Virus record (IMG/VR): IMGVR_UViG_3300032277_000015
Span: 1-41,459 of that record
Reading direction: 5' to 3' (one strand)
DNA length: 41,459 bases
From: a virus
Lineage: Duplodnaviria; Caudoviricetes
The notes under the pieces were generated by a model. That model ran no database searches. It was not told the DNA's origin and was given only the letters and a program-made list of their open reading frames with translations. This document shows, piece after piece, positions 19,347-28,249 of this stretch. Position 1 is the stretch's first letter. Every line of letters begins with the position of its first letter. A program made the translations under genes and the position numbers.

Positions 19347-20804
19347 TTACACTCCTTTGAATAATACAAAGTTGTTAGCAGCTTGAGTTACTAAACATCT
19401 TTCAGATAGGAAGTTTACTTCCATAGCATCAAGAGTTGAAGTAAACGCGCCACCAGCAGAACCAGTTAACCAAGACTTCATACGACGATCATCAGCTTGT
19501 GAAGCTCTGTAACGTACGTGTAAGAATGGTCGACGGATGTTAGTTCCTAAGATCTGATCGTAAACTGTAGAAGTTCCAGCTGGTACTAATACACCTTCAA
19601 CTGAATTGATACCGTCAATTCCTCCACGAGTAGAAGCATCGTTTAAGTATTTCCAGTCAGTCTTATAGAAATCGTAAGATCCTCTACGGAATCCGCTAAA
19701 TCCTAAATTCAAAGCCATTTCTTCTGAGTTCTCAAATAAACCAAAAGCAGTACCACCGGCAGTTCCACCAGAGATTGCAGCTAGCATATCATCAAAATCA
19801 AGAGCTGTTTGTCTTTGTAAGAATAACATGTTTTCTTCAATTGCTCCTTGAGTATCTAAGTTTTTAAGGATAGCATCAAATTCGTCAAGTCCAGCAGCAG
19901 CAGTAAATCCTACTTCTACGTTTCCACGAGCTTGAATAGCAGCGAATAAACCTTGTGATCCTGGAGATGCATTAGGTAAAGCTCCAGCAACTTGATTGTA
20001 CTCAGCTTCTACCATACTCATTTCTAGGTAATCTTCAAAACGTAATCTTGTTTCAGACTCAGCTTTTAAATACCATAAATATCCAGATGTTCCGTCTTCA
20101 GTTGCAACTTCAACCCATCCAATTTGTGCCATATCAGATCCAGAAATAGTATACTGGCTTCTAATGATGATTGGTGAATTAGAAAATTGAGTTAACTGAG
20201 GAGTTACACTAATTCTAGCTTGATTTGCACCGCCTACAGCAAAAGCACCATCAGTGCTTTGTCCTTTTTGGTAATCAGAACCATATACAAAGATCTTTAC
20301 TCCAACTCCAGCTAAAGCAGCTGCAAATTGAATTCCATCATAAGGTTGGAATATAACTGCACCAGCAGCAAGACCAGATCCAGCGTAAGCGCCAGAATCT
20401 ACGATGAAACCTTTTGATTCTTGACCAGTTACAGGGTTTAATACTACTATAGTGTCATTAATTGAAATAACATTAGTAACACCAGCCGCTACTGTAATCA
20501 AACTACGGTTTGTTCCACCAGCTTGATTAATTACAACAACTCCTTGGTAAGAGATGTGTAATCTGTTTTGTTCAGACCAAATTACTTGATCAGATGTCAT
20601 TGGCATTTCAGCGCCAACCATTCTTAAGAAACCAGATAACGTACGGTTTCCGTAACGCTCTACTTCTTGTTCATAAATCTCAGGCAAATATTGCTGAGCA
20701 AAAGTACCACCAGCTCCGGCAGTGTTAAATTGTAGGTAGTTAGAAGCAAGTAATTGCTGAGCCTGTGAAGGCACTAAACTACCAAATTGAGGAGTTAAAC
20801 TCAT
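19347..20804 (-). CDS. Major capsid protein
   Basis: 485 aa; follows portal and scaffold and has its own terminator. Motifs QQYLPEIYEQEVERYGNR, VIWSEQNRLH and GFRRGSYDFYKTDWKYLND. Confidence 0.85.
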   Translation of the reverse strand: MSLTPQFGSLVPSQAQQLLASNYLQFNTAGAGGTFAQQYLPEIYEQEVERYGNRTLSGFLRMVGAEMPMTSDQVIWSEQNRLHISYQGVVVINQAGGTNRSLITVAAGVTNVISINDTIVVLNPVTGQESKGFIVDSGAYAGSGLAAGAVIFQPYDGIQFAAALAGVGVKIFVYGSDYQKGQSTDGAFAVGGANQARISVTPQLTQFSNSPIIIRSQYTISGSDMAQIGWVEVATEDGTSGYLWYLKAESETRLRFEDYLEMSMVEAEYNQVAGALPNASPGSQGLFAAIQARGNVEVGFTAAAGLDEFDAILKNLDTQGAIEENMLFLQRQTALDFDDMLAAISGGTAGGTAFGLFENSEEMALNLGFSGFRRGSYDFYKTDWKYLNDASTRGGIDGINSVEGVLVPAGTSTVYDQILGTNIRRPFLHVRYRASQADDRRMKSWLTGSAGGAFTSTLDAMEVNFLSERCLVTQAANNFVLFKGV

Positions 20805-20818
20805 AGTTGTTTGTTTTT

Positions 20819-22009
20819 TTAGTTAAACTTTTTTGTTTTAATCTTTAGTTTTGAAGAATCAGCACCAGAAATAGCTTTAACTTTAAATCCATTAATAAAC
20901 ACATCACCTTGTGAAGACCTAGCTTTGGTGTCACTTAAGTTTTTTGATTTGTTCATAACATCTTTAACAGCATCCGCTTTTCCCTGCTCATAAAAATGAG
21001 AAGCGATTCTATCTACATTGTCAGCTGCATATATAGCTTTGTGATAACCTTTCGTATCATTAACATTACCATCAGAGTCTAGGAACTTCCCGACAAGGTT
21101 GTTAATATTTGATTGGTTTTCTGCAACTTTATCACGGTTTTGAATATTGTACTTATAGTTCTTATCACCGACTTTAATATCGAAACCTTCGAAATCATCG
21201 CTGAAAAGTTGTTTAGTACTTTCTTGAAACTGCTCATGTTGTTGCTTAGCTATTTCCTGCTGCTTGTTGTATCGGTTGAAAAAGTCTGTAGCTTTTTGAG
21301 TATCAGGATTTACGTTTGATCTCAACTTGATTTCATCGTAATACTTAATCTTAGTTTCCTCTAAAAAGCCTTTAGCTTTTGCAACTTCTTCTTTAAACGC
21401 AAGTTTCTTTTTGCGTATATCTTTTTCCTCTTCTAAATCTTCATCGTAATCAAAATCTTCTAAAAGAAGATCAACATCTGAATTATCTAAATAAGGTTTA
21501 TTTTTTTTGTAATACTCTTTTAATAAAGTTTTTTCATCTAAGTTAGAGTAGTCGGCATTAAGCCTTGTATAATCTTCAATTGTTCCACCAGTTTCCTCCA
21601 TGAAGCTAACTAGCTTTTCAATGTTTTCAGGTAATTGTTTACCTAAAACTTTTTCATCTCTAATAGCTTCTTTAACTTCAGCTTCTACTTTAGCTACTTC
21701 AACTTCTTTAATTGGTGTAAACTCTTTAGCATCTTCGATGGGCTCTTGTACTTGTTCTCCCACTTTAGTGCTATCTCCGGATGGTTCTTCCACAGGAACT
21801 TCCTTTGTTTCTCCGATTTGAATGGCATCTTCTTGTTCTTGTTTAGGTATTACTACTTTTGTAACATCTGGCGGTAATTCAACCAAAGGTTCTTTAATAT
21901 TAACTTTAACAGGTTGATCACTTGTTGGTGTTAATTTTTTTGGAGTTTTCTTTTTAATTTTAAACTCACCTTCCTGCTTAACAGGTTCATTTGTTTTTAC
22001 TTCTGACAT
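20819..22009 (-). CDS. Capsid scaffolding protein
   Basis: Acidic, E/K/P-rich disordered N-half and helical C-half (HFYEQGKADA); lies between portal and capsid. Confidence 0.7.
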   Translation of the reverse strand: MSEVKTNEPVKQEGEFKIKKKTPKKLTPTSDQPVKVNIKEPLVELPPDVTKVVIPKQEQEDAIQIGETKEVPVEEPSGDSTKVGEQVQEPIEDAKEFTPIKEVEVAKVEAEVKEAIRDEKVLGKQLPENIEKLVSFMEETGGTIEDYTRLNADYSNLDEKTLLKEYYKKNKPYLDNSDVDLLLEDFDYDEDLEEEKDIRKKKLAFKEEVAKAKGFLEETKIKYYDEIKLRSNVNPDTQKATDFFNRYNKQQEIAKQQHEQFQESTKQLFSDDFEGFDIKVGDKNYKYNIQNRDKVAENQSNINNLVGKFLDSDGNVNDTKGYHKAIYAADNVDRIASHFYEQGKADAVKDVMNKSKNLSDTKARSSQGDVFINGFKVKAISGADSSKLKIKTKKFN

Positions 22010-22040
22010 AATATAATATAATTAAATAATTGTTTACTTT

Positions 22041-24428
22041 CTACATGAAAGCCTGCATACCCATATCGGGTTGATTTTCAAAGTCCGTAGGTAAGCTGTC
22101 GTTTTGTCTTTGGCTTATCATTTCACTTTGTTGTGTAGCTTCCATTTTGCTACGCTTATCTTTTCTATCTTCTATAGCTGCTTCTTTCTGCTGTATTGCT
22201 TGAACCTCTAGTTGCTTTAGCTGCATATCGTATTCAAACTTCTGTTGCATTTTAATCTTCTCTAAATCAGCTGCTATCTGCATTTTGTTTATTTCCATTT
22301 GAGATCTAGCTTGTTCGTATTGAACTTTAGAGCCCGATATAGCTTCTTGCTTTTGAACTTCAGCCATAGCTGTTTTTTCAGCTGTACTTGCTTGAGCATC
22401 GGCTTGTGCTTGTATATTAGCTTGTTGATTAGCTTGATCTTGAATAGCTTTTTGCTTACGTTTAACTTTAAGCATTTGATTTGCTAACTTAAGATTTTTA
22501 ATTTGTCTTAAATCTATAGCATCTTCTAAGTCAATTCCACCTTGACCTAATGCAACCTGTATATTTTCTTCTAATTTAGCTTGCTCTTCATCATCTGGTT
22601 CTAACTCTAGGAATATACCAAAGTCATATAGGTTTAAATCAACAACCTGTTGTAGAGTTCTAACATTAAATGTTGATATAGAGTTTTTAAGAGATTCAGC
22701 TGTTAATGGAAAATATAAAGCATCTGCTATTTTAAGAGATACGTTTTCTGCTAGCTTTAATGTAAGGTATAAACTAGCTTGTTTAATATGTCTAGTTGCT
22801 ACATTAGATGCATTAGCTGCCATTTTTTGAAGACCTACTAAAGAATTTTTATCTTGTGAGCTTCCATCTCTAGCTTCATTTAACCCCGTTACATCACGTA
22901 TCATTTGTAAATAATATTGATACGTTTGTATAAGAGCTTGTATTTTACCAAGGCTACTAGAACTGTTTAGTTCTTGAATAGGTACTTTACCTGCATTCAT
23001 ATCACCGTCTTGAGTTAGTGATCTACCAACAATAGAACCTGTTTGAAAATACATATTTAAAGCCTCTGCAGGATTATAATTAGTTCCATTACCAAGATCT
23101 ACTTCAGCTAAACCGTCCATATCTAAGTAGACACCGTCTGGTACCATTCTAGACATTACCTGTTGCAGTTTAAGATGTGTTAGTTGAATCATGTCTGCAA
23201 AACCAACACATTTACTTACAACAGACTCTATGCGTCCTTTATACATTCTAGGAGCACATATAGTATAATTCATTTCAACTCTTGTAGTATCTGCCATTGG
23301 TCTAGACATATTTTCCGCTAAGCTCCAATCTAATATAGTGTTAGTACCTAAAACTTTAGCACCAGTGTATAAAACTTCTATTGATCTAGATACTCTTTCA
23401 AAGTTGTCATTTTCAGGTGGATCAAATGTATCTGGCTTTTCTAAAGCTTTTAATAAACCTGAATCTGTTTGCTTTATTTTAAACACTTGATTGTGGTAAG
23501 TTTTATATTCAAAGTACATAACTTGTACAGTGTTTTCGTCGTAATTACCCCAACCAGTTATATATTGCCTATTACCAGGTGTTTCTTGTATTCTTTTTAA
23601 CTCCTCTTCTGATATACCAGGAAACTCTTTTTTAAGTTCTGGTATTGTTATAGACTTTACTTCGCCTACATAATATATATCTTCAAAGTTTGGATCTTCT
23701 GTATATGAGTAAACCATATAAGCAGGATCTACATAATCAACAGTAATTCCTTCAGCTGTATTAAAATTAGTTTTACCTGCAGCAATACCTATAGTTGTAA
23801 GATCCATGTTTAATCTACGTCTTACAAGATCATATTTGTTTTGAGCAAATACAGTTGATATAGCTTCTTCTTCTGCTATTTCAATTGATTGCTTATAGCT
23901 TAATTGCATATGTAATTCTAACTCTTCTTTAGATCCTGGAACTACAACACCACTTGGCGACTGATATAAATCAATACCTAAAGTTTGCTTCAAGCCATCT
24001 AAATATTCTTTAGCAACCATATCTTCTTGAAGCTTGCTAGCATATTCAGTTCTTCTTTTAACTGAGCTAGGATCTTGAGAGTAAGCTTTTATGTCGTAAG
24101 ACTTTTGTGATATACCATTTACTACGATGTCTACAAACTTAGACAAAATTGGTACTGGCTTCCAGTCTAAATTTAAATAAGACAAATCACCATTTATAGA
24201 TAATTCATCTTTGTATTTTTGCACAGGCTGCTCACCTCTAGCGTATAGTCTTAACGAATGAAAGTTGTTCCAATTAGTTAGATATCTGTTACCTCCAGTT
24301 CGCCCTTGATCAAACCACTCATACTCTATTGCTTGAGCAACTTGAGTTCCGTATTCCCAGCTAGCTTTTTCAGCATCGCTTACTACTTGGCTTGGAAAAG
24401 CGCTATTGGTGTTAGTGTATATACCCAT
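22041..24428 (-). CDS. Portal protein
   Basis: 795 aa with LNLDWKPVPILSKFVDIVVNG, MIRDVTGLNEARDGS and a Q-rich coiled-coil C-terminus; immediately after terminase. Confidence 0.85.
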   Translation of the reverse strand: MGIYTNTNSAFPSQVVSDAEKASWEYGTQVAQAIEYEWFDQGRTGGNRYLTNWNNFHSLRLYARGEQPVQKYKDELSINGDLSYLNLDWKPVPILSKFVDIVVNGISQKSYDIKAYSQDPSSVKRRTEYASKLQEDMVAKEYLDGLKQTLGIDLYQSPSGVVVPGSKEELELHMQLSYKQSIEIAEEEAISTVFAQNKYDLVRRRLNMDLTTIGIAAGKTNFNTAEGITVDYVDPAYMVYSYTEDPNFEDIYYVGEVKSITIPELKKEFPGISEEELKRIQETPGNRQYITGWGNYDENTVQVMYFEYKTYHNQVFKIKQTDSGLLKALEKPDTFDPPENDNFERVSRSIEVLYTGAKVLGTNTILDWSLAENMSRPMADTTRVEMNYTICAPRMYKGRIESVVSKCVGFADMIQLTHLKLQQVMSRMVPDGVYLDMDGLAEVDLGNGTNYNPAEALNMYFQTGSIVGRSLTQDGDMNAGKVPIQELNSSSSLGKIQALIQTYQYYLQMIRDVTGLNEARDGSSQDKNSLVGLQKMAANASNVATRHIKQASLYLTLKLAENVSLKIADALYFPLTAESLKNSISTFNVRTLQQVVDLNLYDFGIFLELEPDDEEQAKLEENIQVALGQGGIDLEDAIDLRQIKNLKLANQMLKVKRKQKAIQDQANQQANIQAQADAQASTAEKTAMAEVQKQEAISGSKVQYEQARSQMEINKMQIAADLEKIKMQQKFEYDMQLKQLEVQAIQQKEAAIEDRKDKRSKMEATQQSEMISQRQNDSLPTDFENQPDMGMQAFM

Positions 24429-26639
24429 TTAACTTATTATTTTTGATGTGACACCTTTGTTGTCATATTTTTTAATTCCTAAATCTACAGCTTCTCTTCT
24501 AATTGGAGCCGATGGAGCGTATCTATGTTTATTGCAAGCCATTAAAGCAAGTCCAGAGCTAATAGAAGCATCGTGCTTTGTTCTGTTGTTTATATTAAAC
24601 TTTGCCCAGTCTTCCAATGTTCTTTGAAAATACATATCACCGTAACCTGTTGTTTTTAAACCTACAAAATCTTCTATATAAGATTCAATCGCAGCAGCGT
24701 GAGCTTGTTTTACGTCTTCACTTGAATTTGGTATTCCACCTAATTCTTTTTCTGTTACTGATAGTTTGTTGTGTTTTCTGTCTGGTCTATTTATAGAGAA
24801 CTTTCTATAACCTCTTCTTTTTAAATGATATAATAATCTAGGCTTATTATTCTCTGCTAATATTGGCATACCATAAAAAACCAAAGCCATTAAAACATCT
24901 TCAAAAAATATTTCAGCGGTTTGTGGTCTAGCTATATATTCTAAAAAGAAATGATTTGGAGGCACGTCCTCCATGCTAAATTTAGTTAAACCGTGTAAAG
25001 ATCCATTTGATCCTCTTTTATCAACTGTACCTGATATATCATAGCTATCACAGCCAAAAGCTCCACAGTGTTCATTGCCTGGATATTTAAGTCCACCCTT
25101 TATTATCACACGATTTTGGAGATTTAAAGGTGGAACCCAAGAAACTCTGAATCTACCGCTTTTATTTGGTACAAATATAACCTTTGAGTCTTTAACTCCG
25201 TTTTCCCATTGAAAGCTTCCTTGTGTAACTGATATTGAGTTTTTAAGATCTTCATTAAAATCTATTTGCTCATATATCTTTGTTAAGTTAAATAAAGATT
25301 CTTTAGATTCATCTCTAAACGCATGCTTAGTTGTGCGTGGAAATTGTCTGTAAAATTCATTTAAACCGTCTTGATCATTTTTAAGACCTTCAACTTCATT
25401 ATTCCAATACTCTATTACGCCTTGTGTTATAGCGTCTCCAAAAGGCCCTACTACTTCTTTTTTTGGTGTATTGAATACAGGAAAGCCATAAGAATCAATG
25501 TATCCTTCGTAGTTCCATTCCATAGGTATGAACAAAGAATATAATCCTGAGCGAGTTTGTCCATTGGCGTTTCTTTGTGTAACATCTGAATCATTGTAGA
25601 GTTTTTTAAAATTATCGCCACCTTTATCTAAAGAGTTTGATGTTGATCCCATCATACACTTACCTATTATTCTAGATCCAAGTCTTAAACAGGTTCTCGT
25701 AACTCTCCAGTTGTTTAATATATTTGTAGGTCTTTCCCATTTTCCACTTTCATCGTGAACTAATAGTTTTAGTTTTTCACCATCATAAGAATTATCACCT
25801 GTATTTTTCCAGTCTATTGTTGTGTCAAGACCTGTGATCTCTTGTAGCTTTTCGTTTGAGTCGAGCTTGCGCCTCGTGAATTTAGAGGCTGGTACACGGT
25901 AGGCAAGTTCTGTTTTTGGTCTGTCCATACCGTCTTGTATAGGTTTAAAGAAAAAGGGATAGTTGACTGATATTGGGACAACTTTGTCAGTAAACATTTT
26001 CTTTGCATCGGGTCCAGATTTGGAGAGGATGCCAAAGCGCGCATCTGTAGATATTGTTGCTTGGTTAACCGTCTCCCCGCTTGCCATGAACGAAAAACCG
26101 GATCTTCTGTTTTTAAGATAACACATCCCATAGCAACGTTTGTCGGCTTTACAAGCTTCCCAGAATATGTAGAATAATCTGTTTGATTCCCTAAAGTCTG
26201 GCTGCCCAACGTCAATTTTGCTCCACTGCAAGTACATATAGTTAGTACCAGTAATGTAAGTAGCCAAACCCTTATTATAGAACCAAAAGCCTTGTTCTCT
26301 TCTATTAAATTCTTCATCAATGTAATCATACCATTTTTCTTTAAAGTCCAAAGGGTATTCTTCCCAATCAAATACTGATTTGATTTTACTAAGCTCCTTT
26401 GGGTATTCAGTGTGCTTCCACCTGTCCTCTTCAAATGTATGTACATTTTCAGCTTTTGGCAAAGCTATTTTTAAATCTTGTATTTCATAAATTTCACCTA
26501 TCTCGCCGGTTTTACTTATAACAACCATATCGTGTTCTTGGTTGTAACCGTACCCCCACTTCTTATACCTATTAGTTCTTTTTAAAACTTTAGGTTTAAT
26601 GTGGTCTTTAAGTATTTTATATAAAGTCTGCTCGTACAT
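24429..26639 (-). CDS. terL: Terminase large subunit
   Basis: Variant Walker A YLKNRRSGFS, Walker B LLVHDESGKW, coupling motif GSTSN, RNase-H-like nuclease AFGCDSYD ... HDASISSG. Confidence 0.9.
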   Translation of the reverse strand: MYEQTLYKILKDHIKPKVLKRTNRYKKWGYGYNQEHDMVVISKTGEIGEIYEIQDLKIALPKAENVHTFEEDRWKHTEYPKELSKIKSVFDWEEYPLDFKEKWYDYIDEEFNRREQGFWFYNKGLATYITGTNYMYLQWSKIDVGQPDFRESNRLFYIFWEACKADKRCYGMCYLKNRRSGFSFMASGETVNQATISTDARFGILSKSGPDAKKMFTDKVVPISVNYPFFFKPIQDGMDRPKTELAYRVPASKFTRRKLDSNEKLQEITGLDTTIDWKNTGDNSYDGEKLKLLVHDESGKWERPTNILNNWRVTRTCLRLGSRIIGKCMMGSTSNSLDKGGDNFKKLYNDSDVTQRNANGQTRSGLYSLFIPMEWNYEGYIDSYGFPVFNTPKKEVVGPFGDAITQGVIEYWNNEVEGLKNDQDGLNEFYRQFPRTTKHAFRDESKESLFNLTKIYEQIDFNEDLKNSISVTQGSFQWENGVKDSKVIFVPNKSGRFRVSWVPPLNLQNRVIIKGGLKYPGNEHCGAFGCDSYDISGTVDKRGSNGSLHGLTKFSMEDVPPNHFFLEYIARPQTAEIFFEDVLMALVFYGMPILAENNKPRLLYHLKRRGYRKFSINRPDRKHNKLSVTEKELGGIPNSSEDVKQAHAAAIESYIEDFVGLKTTGYGDMYFQRTLEDWAKFNINNRTKHDASISSGLALMACNKHRYAPSAPIRREAVDLGIKKYDNKGVTSKIIS

Positions 26640-26914
26640 TATTTAGATCTCCCTTCCGCAAAGCCTCTAAAAGATTTCTCTTCTTTAACCTCCACTGGTT
26701 TTTCATTTAACATATTCTCTTCAGCTTCTATTCTATTTAGTATTTCAAACGCATCAAATATAGCTAGCTTTTTTGTAGCTGCAGCGTTTTTTAATCTATC
26801 TGCTGATATATCATCATCTGAATCAACAATAGCTTCTTTAGCTACCTTGATTAACTCCTCCACTGCTCTCTGCCCAGCTTGGATTATATTCAACTTCGTT
26901 TCCTTGGTGTTCAT
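26639..26914 (-). CDS. Probable terminase small subunit
   Basis: 91-aa helical protein translationally coupled (TAAATG overlap) to terL; synteny. Confidence 0.5.
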   Translation of the reverse strand: MNTKETKLNIIQAGQRAVEELIKVAKEAIVDSDDDISADRLKNAAATKKLAIFDAFEILNRIEAEENMLNEKPVEVKEEKSFRGFAEGRSK

Positions 26915-27464
26915 ATTTAATTACGATATCATTAGATTTCATACAGTATAATCTTTTACCGTCAACTAAAAACTCCCATTCTCCATTCGGCGTATAACCA
27001 ACTAAGTCTCCTGAGTTGATTCCTAGCGCGTTTAAGGAGCTATTGTCATATTTTAATATACCAACAAGGCTTTTTTCTTTATCTAACGTTAAAGACTCTG
27101 TATCTTTTATAGGTGAAATAAAGCATCTGTCTCCAAAAGACTTCCACTTGTCACCTTTATTATATAAATAGATTTGATCTATAGCGCAAAAATGCAAATC
27201 ATCTTTAAACCAAGATCTACTTTTCTTTTTTTCTCCTTTCATGTCATAGAATATTCTAAACACGTTCTGATGTATAACAATTATATCACCAACATCAATA
27301 CCAGTATTAAAAGCTTTAGGTGTTTCTATTACTCTAGCTAATCTATTTACAAACTTAAAGTCTTCAATTTTTGTATTTAAAACTAGCTCTTTATCACCTA
27401 CTTTTATTTTGTTACTGTATTTTTCGCCTAATGGCTCTACTATAAAGTCGTATAAACTTTTCAA
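26838..27464 (-). CDS. Tandem GroES-like (co-chaperonin fold) protein
   Basis: C-half KSFGDRCFISP...GINSGDLVGY...EFLVDGKRLYCMKSNDIV follows the GroES pattern. N-half (MKSLYDFIVEP...GIDVGDIIV) looks like a second, more diverged copy. Confidence 0.65.
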   Translation of the reverse strand: MKSLYDFIVEPLGEKYSNKIKVGDKELVLNTKIEDFKFVNRLARVIETPKAFNTGIDVGDIIVIHQNVFRIFYDMKGEKKKSRSWFKDDLHFCAIDQIYLYNKGDKWKSFGDRCFISPIKDTESLTLDKEKSLVGILKYDNSSLNALGINSGDLVGYTPNGEWEFLVDGKRLYCMKSNDIVIKYEHQGNEVEYNPSWAESSGGVNQGS

Positions 27465-27688
27465 TACTCTAAGTCATATTCAACGGATATTGCCATGTTA
27501 GAGTTAAATTTCTTCCATGGCATTACTTCGTTATTTTTCTTAATGTGAATATTGTAAGAGTTATCTTCTTCGTCAAGAAGTATATGTGAGATCTCGTGGC
27601 CACCATAAACTTGTTGACCTACTGAATAATGCATAGCATCATTTTTGTAGTCAGAACCAATACTTATTTTTCTTACAATAGATGACAT
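27461..27688 (-). CDS. Hypothetical protein (75 aa)
   Basis: ORF track 27461..27724; likely start at the ATG ending 27688, just after the upstream stop (MSSIVRKISIG). Confidence 0.65.
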   Translation of the reverse strand: MSSIVRKISIGSDYKNDAMHYSVGQQVYGGHEISHILLDEEDNSYNIHIKKNNEVMPWKKFNSNMAISVEYDLEY

Positions 27689-27689
27689 C

Positions 27690-27941
27690 CTAAGCTTTTT
27701 TAAGATTAGACTCATCTTTATCAACTTCTGTGTATTCTCCAGTTGTTAGATCAATATCAATAGCTCCGTACTCTTTTTCGAGCTCAGCTTTTAAATCTTC
27801 TACAACTTTATTAGCATCTGCTACTTGGTGTAATAGACTATGCTTTTGAGATTCTAAAATACCTATTTGATTAACAATTGTCATTAATTCTTTTTGACCT
27901 TTGTTAATATCTTCTAATTGTTTGTCTGTAATTTTTGCCAT
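27690..27941 (-). CDS. Small coiled-coil protein (83 aa)
   Basis: ORF track; (TAAAT)n leader; heptad pattern. Confidence 0.7.
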   Translation of the reverse strand: MAKITDKQLEDINKGQKELMTIVNQIGILESQKHSLLHQVADANKVVEDLKAELEKEYGAIDIDLTTGEYTEVDKDESNLKKA

Positions 27942-27994
27942 TTAATTTAATTTAATTGTTTTATAAATATATAGTTACATTTGTTTTAGTAAAT

Positions 27995-28243
27995 CTACTC
28001 TTCTGTAAAGTCTTCATATACATCTGCATAATCAGCAGGTAAATAAGACTCCATTTCAGCTACTTGTTCTTCGCTTAATTCGTTTTTATAAAAATCGTTT
28101 ATTAATACCCATTCAAAATGTTTTTTAATCTTTTCAACACTTTTACCCTCACTAATTATAGATAATTGATATGGTACAGCTGAAGTAATAACTTCTTTAT
28201 GACTGTCTGGAGTGTTTTCTGATGTTACTGCGTTTTTATACAT
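27995..28243 (-). CDS. Acidic hypothetical protein, possible tail-fibre assembly factor
   Basis: ORF track; directly downstream of the tail fibre; function by position only. Confidence 0.5.
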   Translation of the reverse strand: MYKNAVTSENTPDSHKEVITSAVPYQLSIISEGKSVEKIKKHFEWVLINDFYKNELSEEQVAEMESYLPADYADVYEDFTEE

Positions 28244-28249
28244 TTTTAT

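Noticed and set aside
25814-26446. 210-aa alternative-frame ORF inside terL (also 3229-3414 and 10263-10499)
   Set aside because: Fully nested in a different frame of conserved genes, with no recognisable motif or leader; treated as chance open frames.
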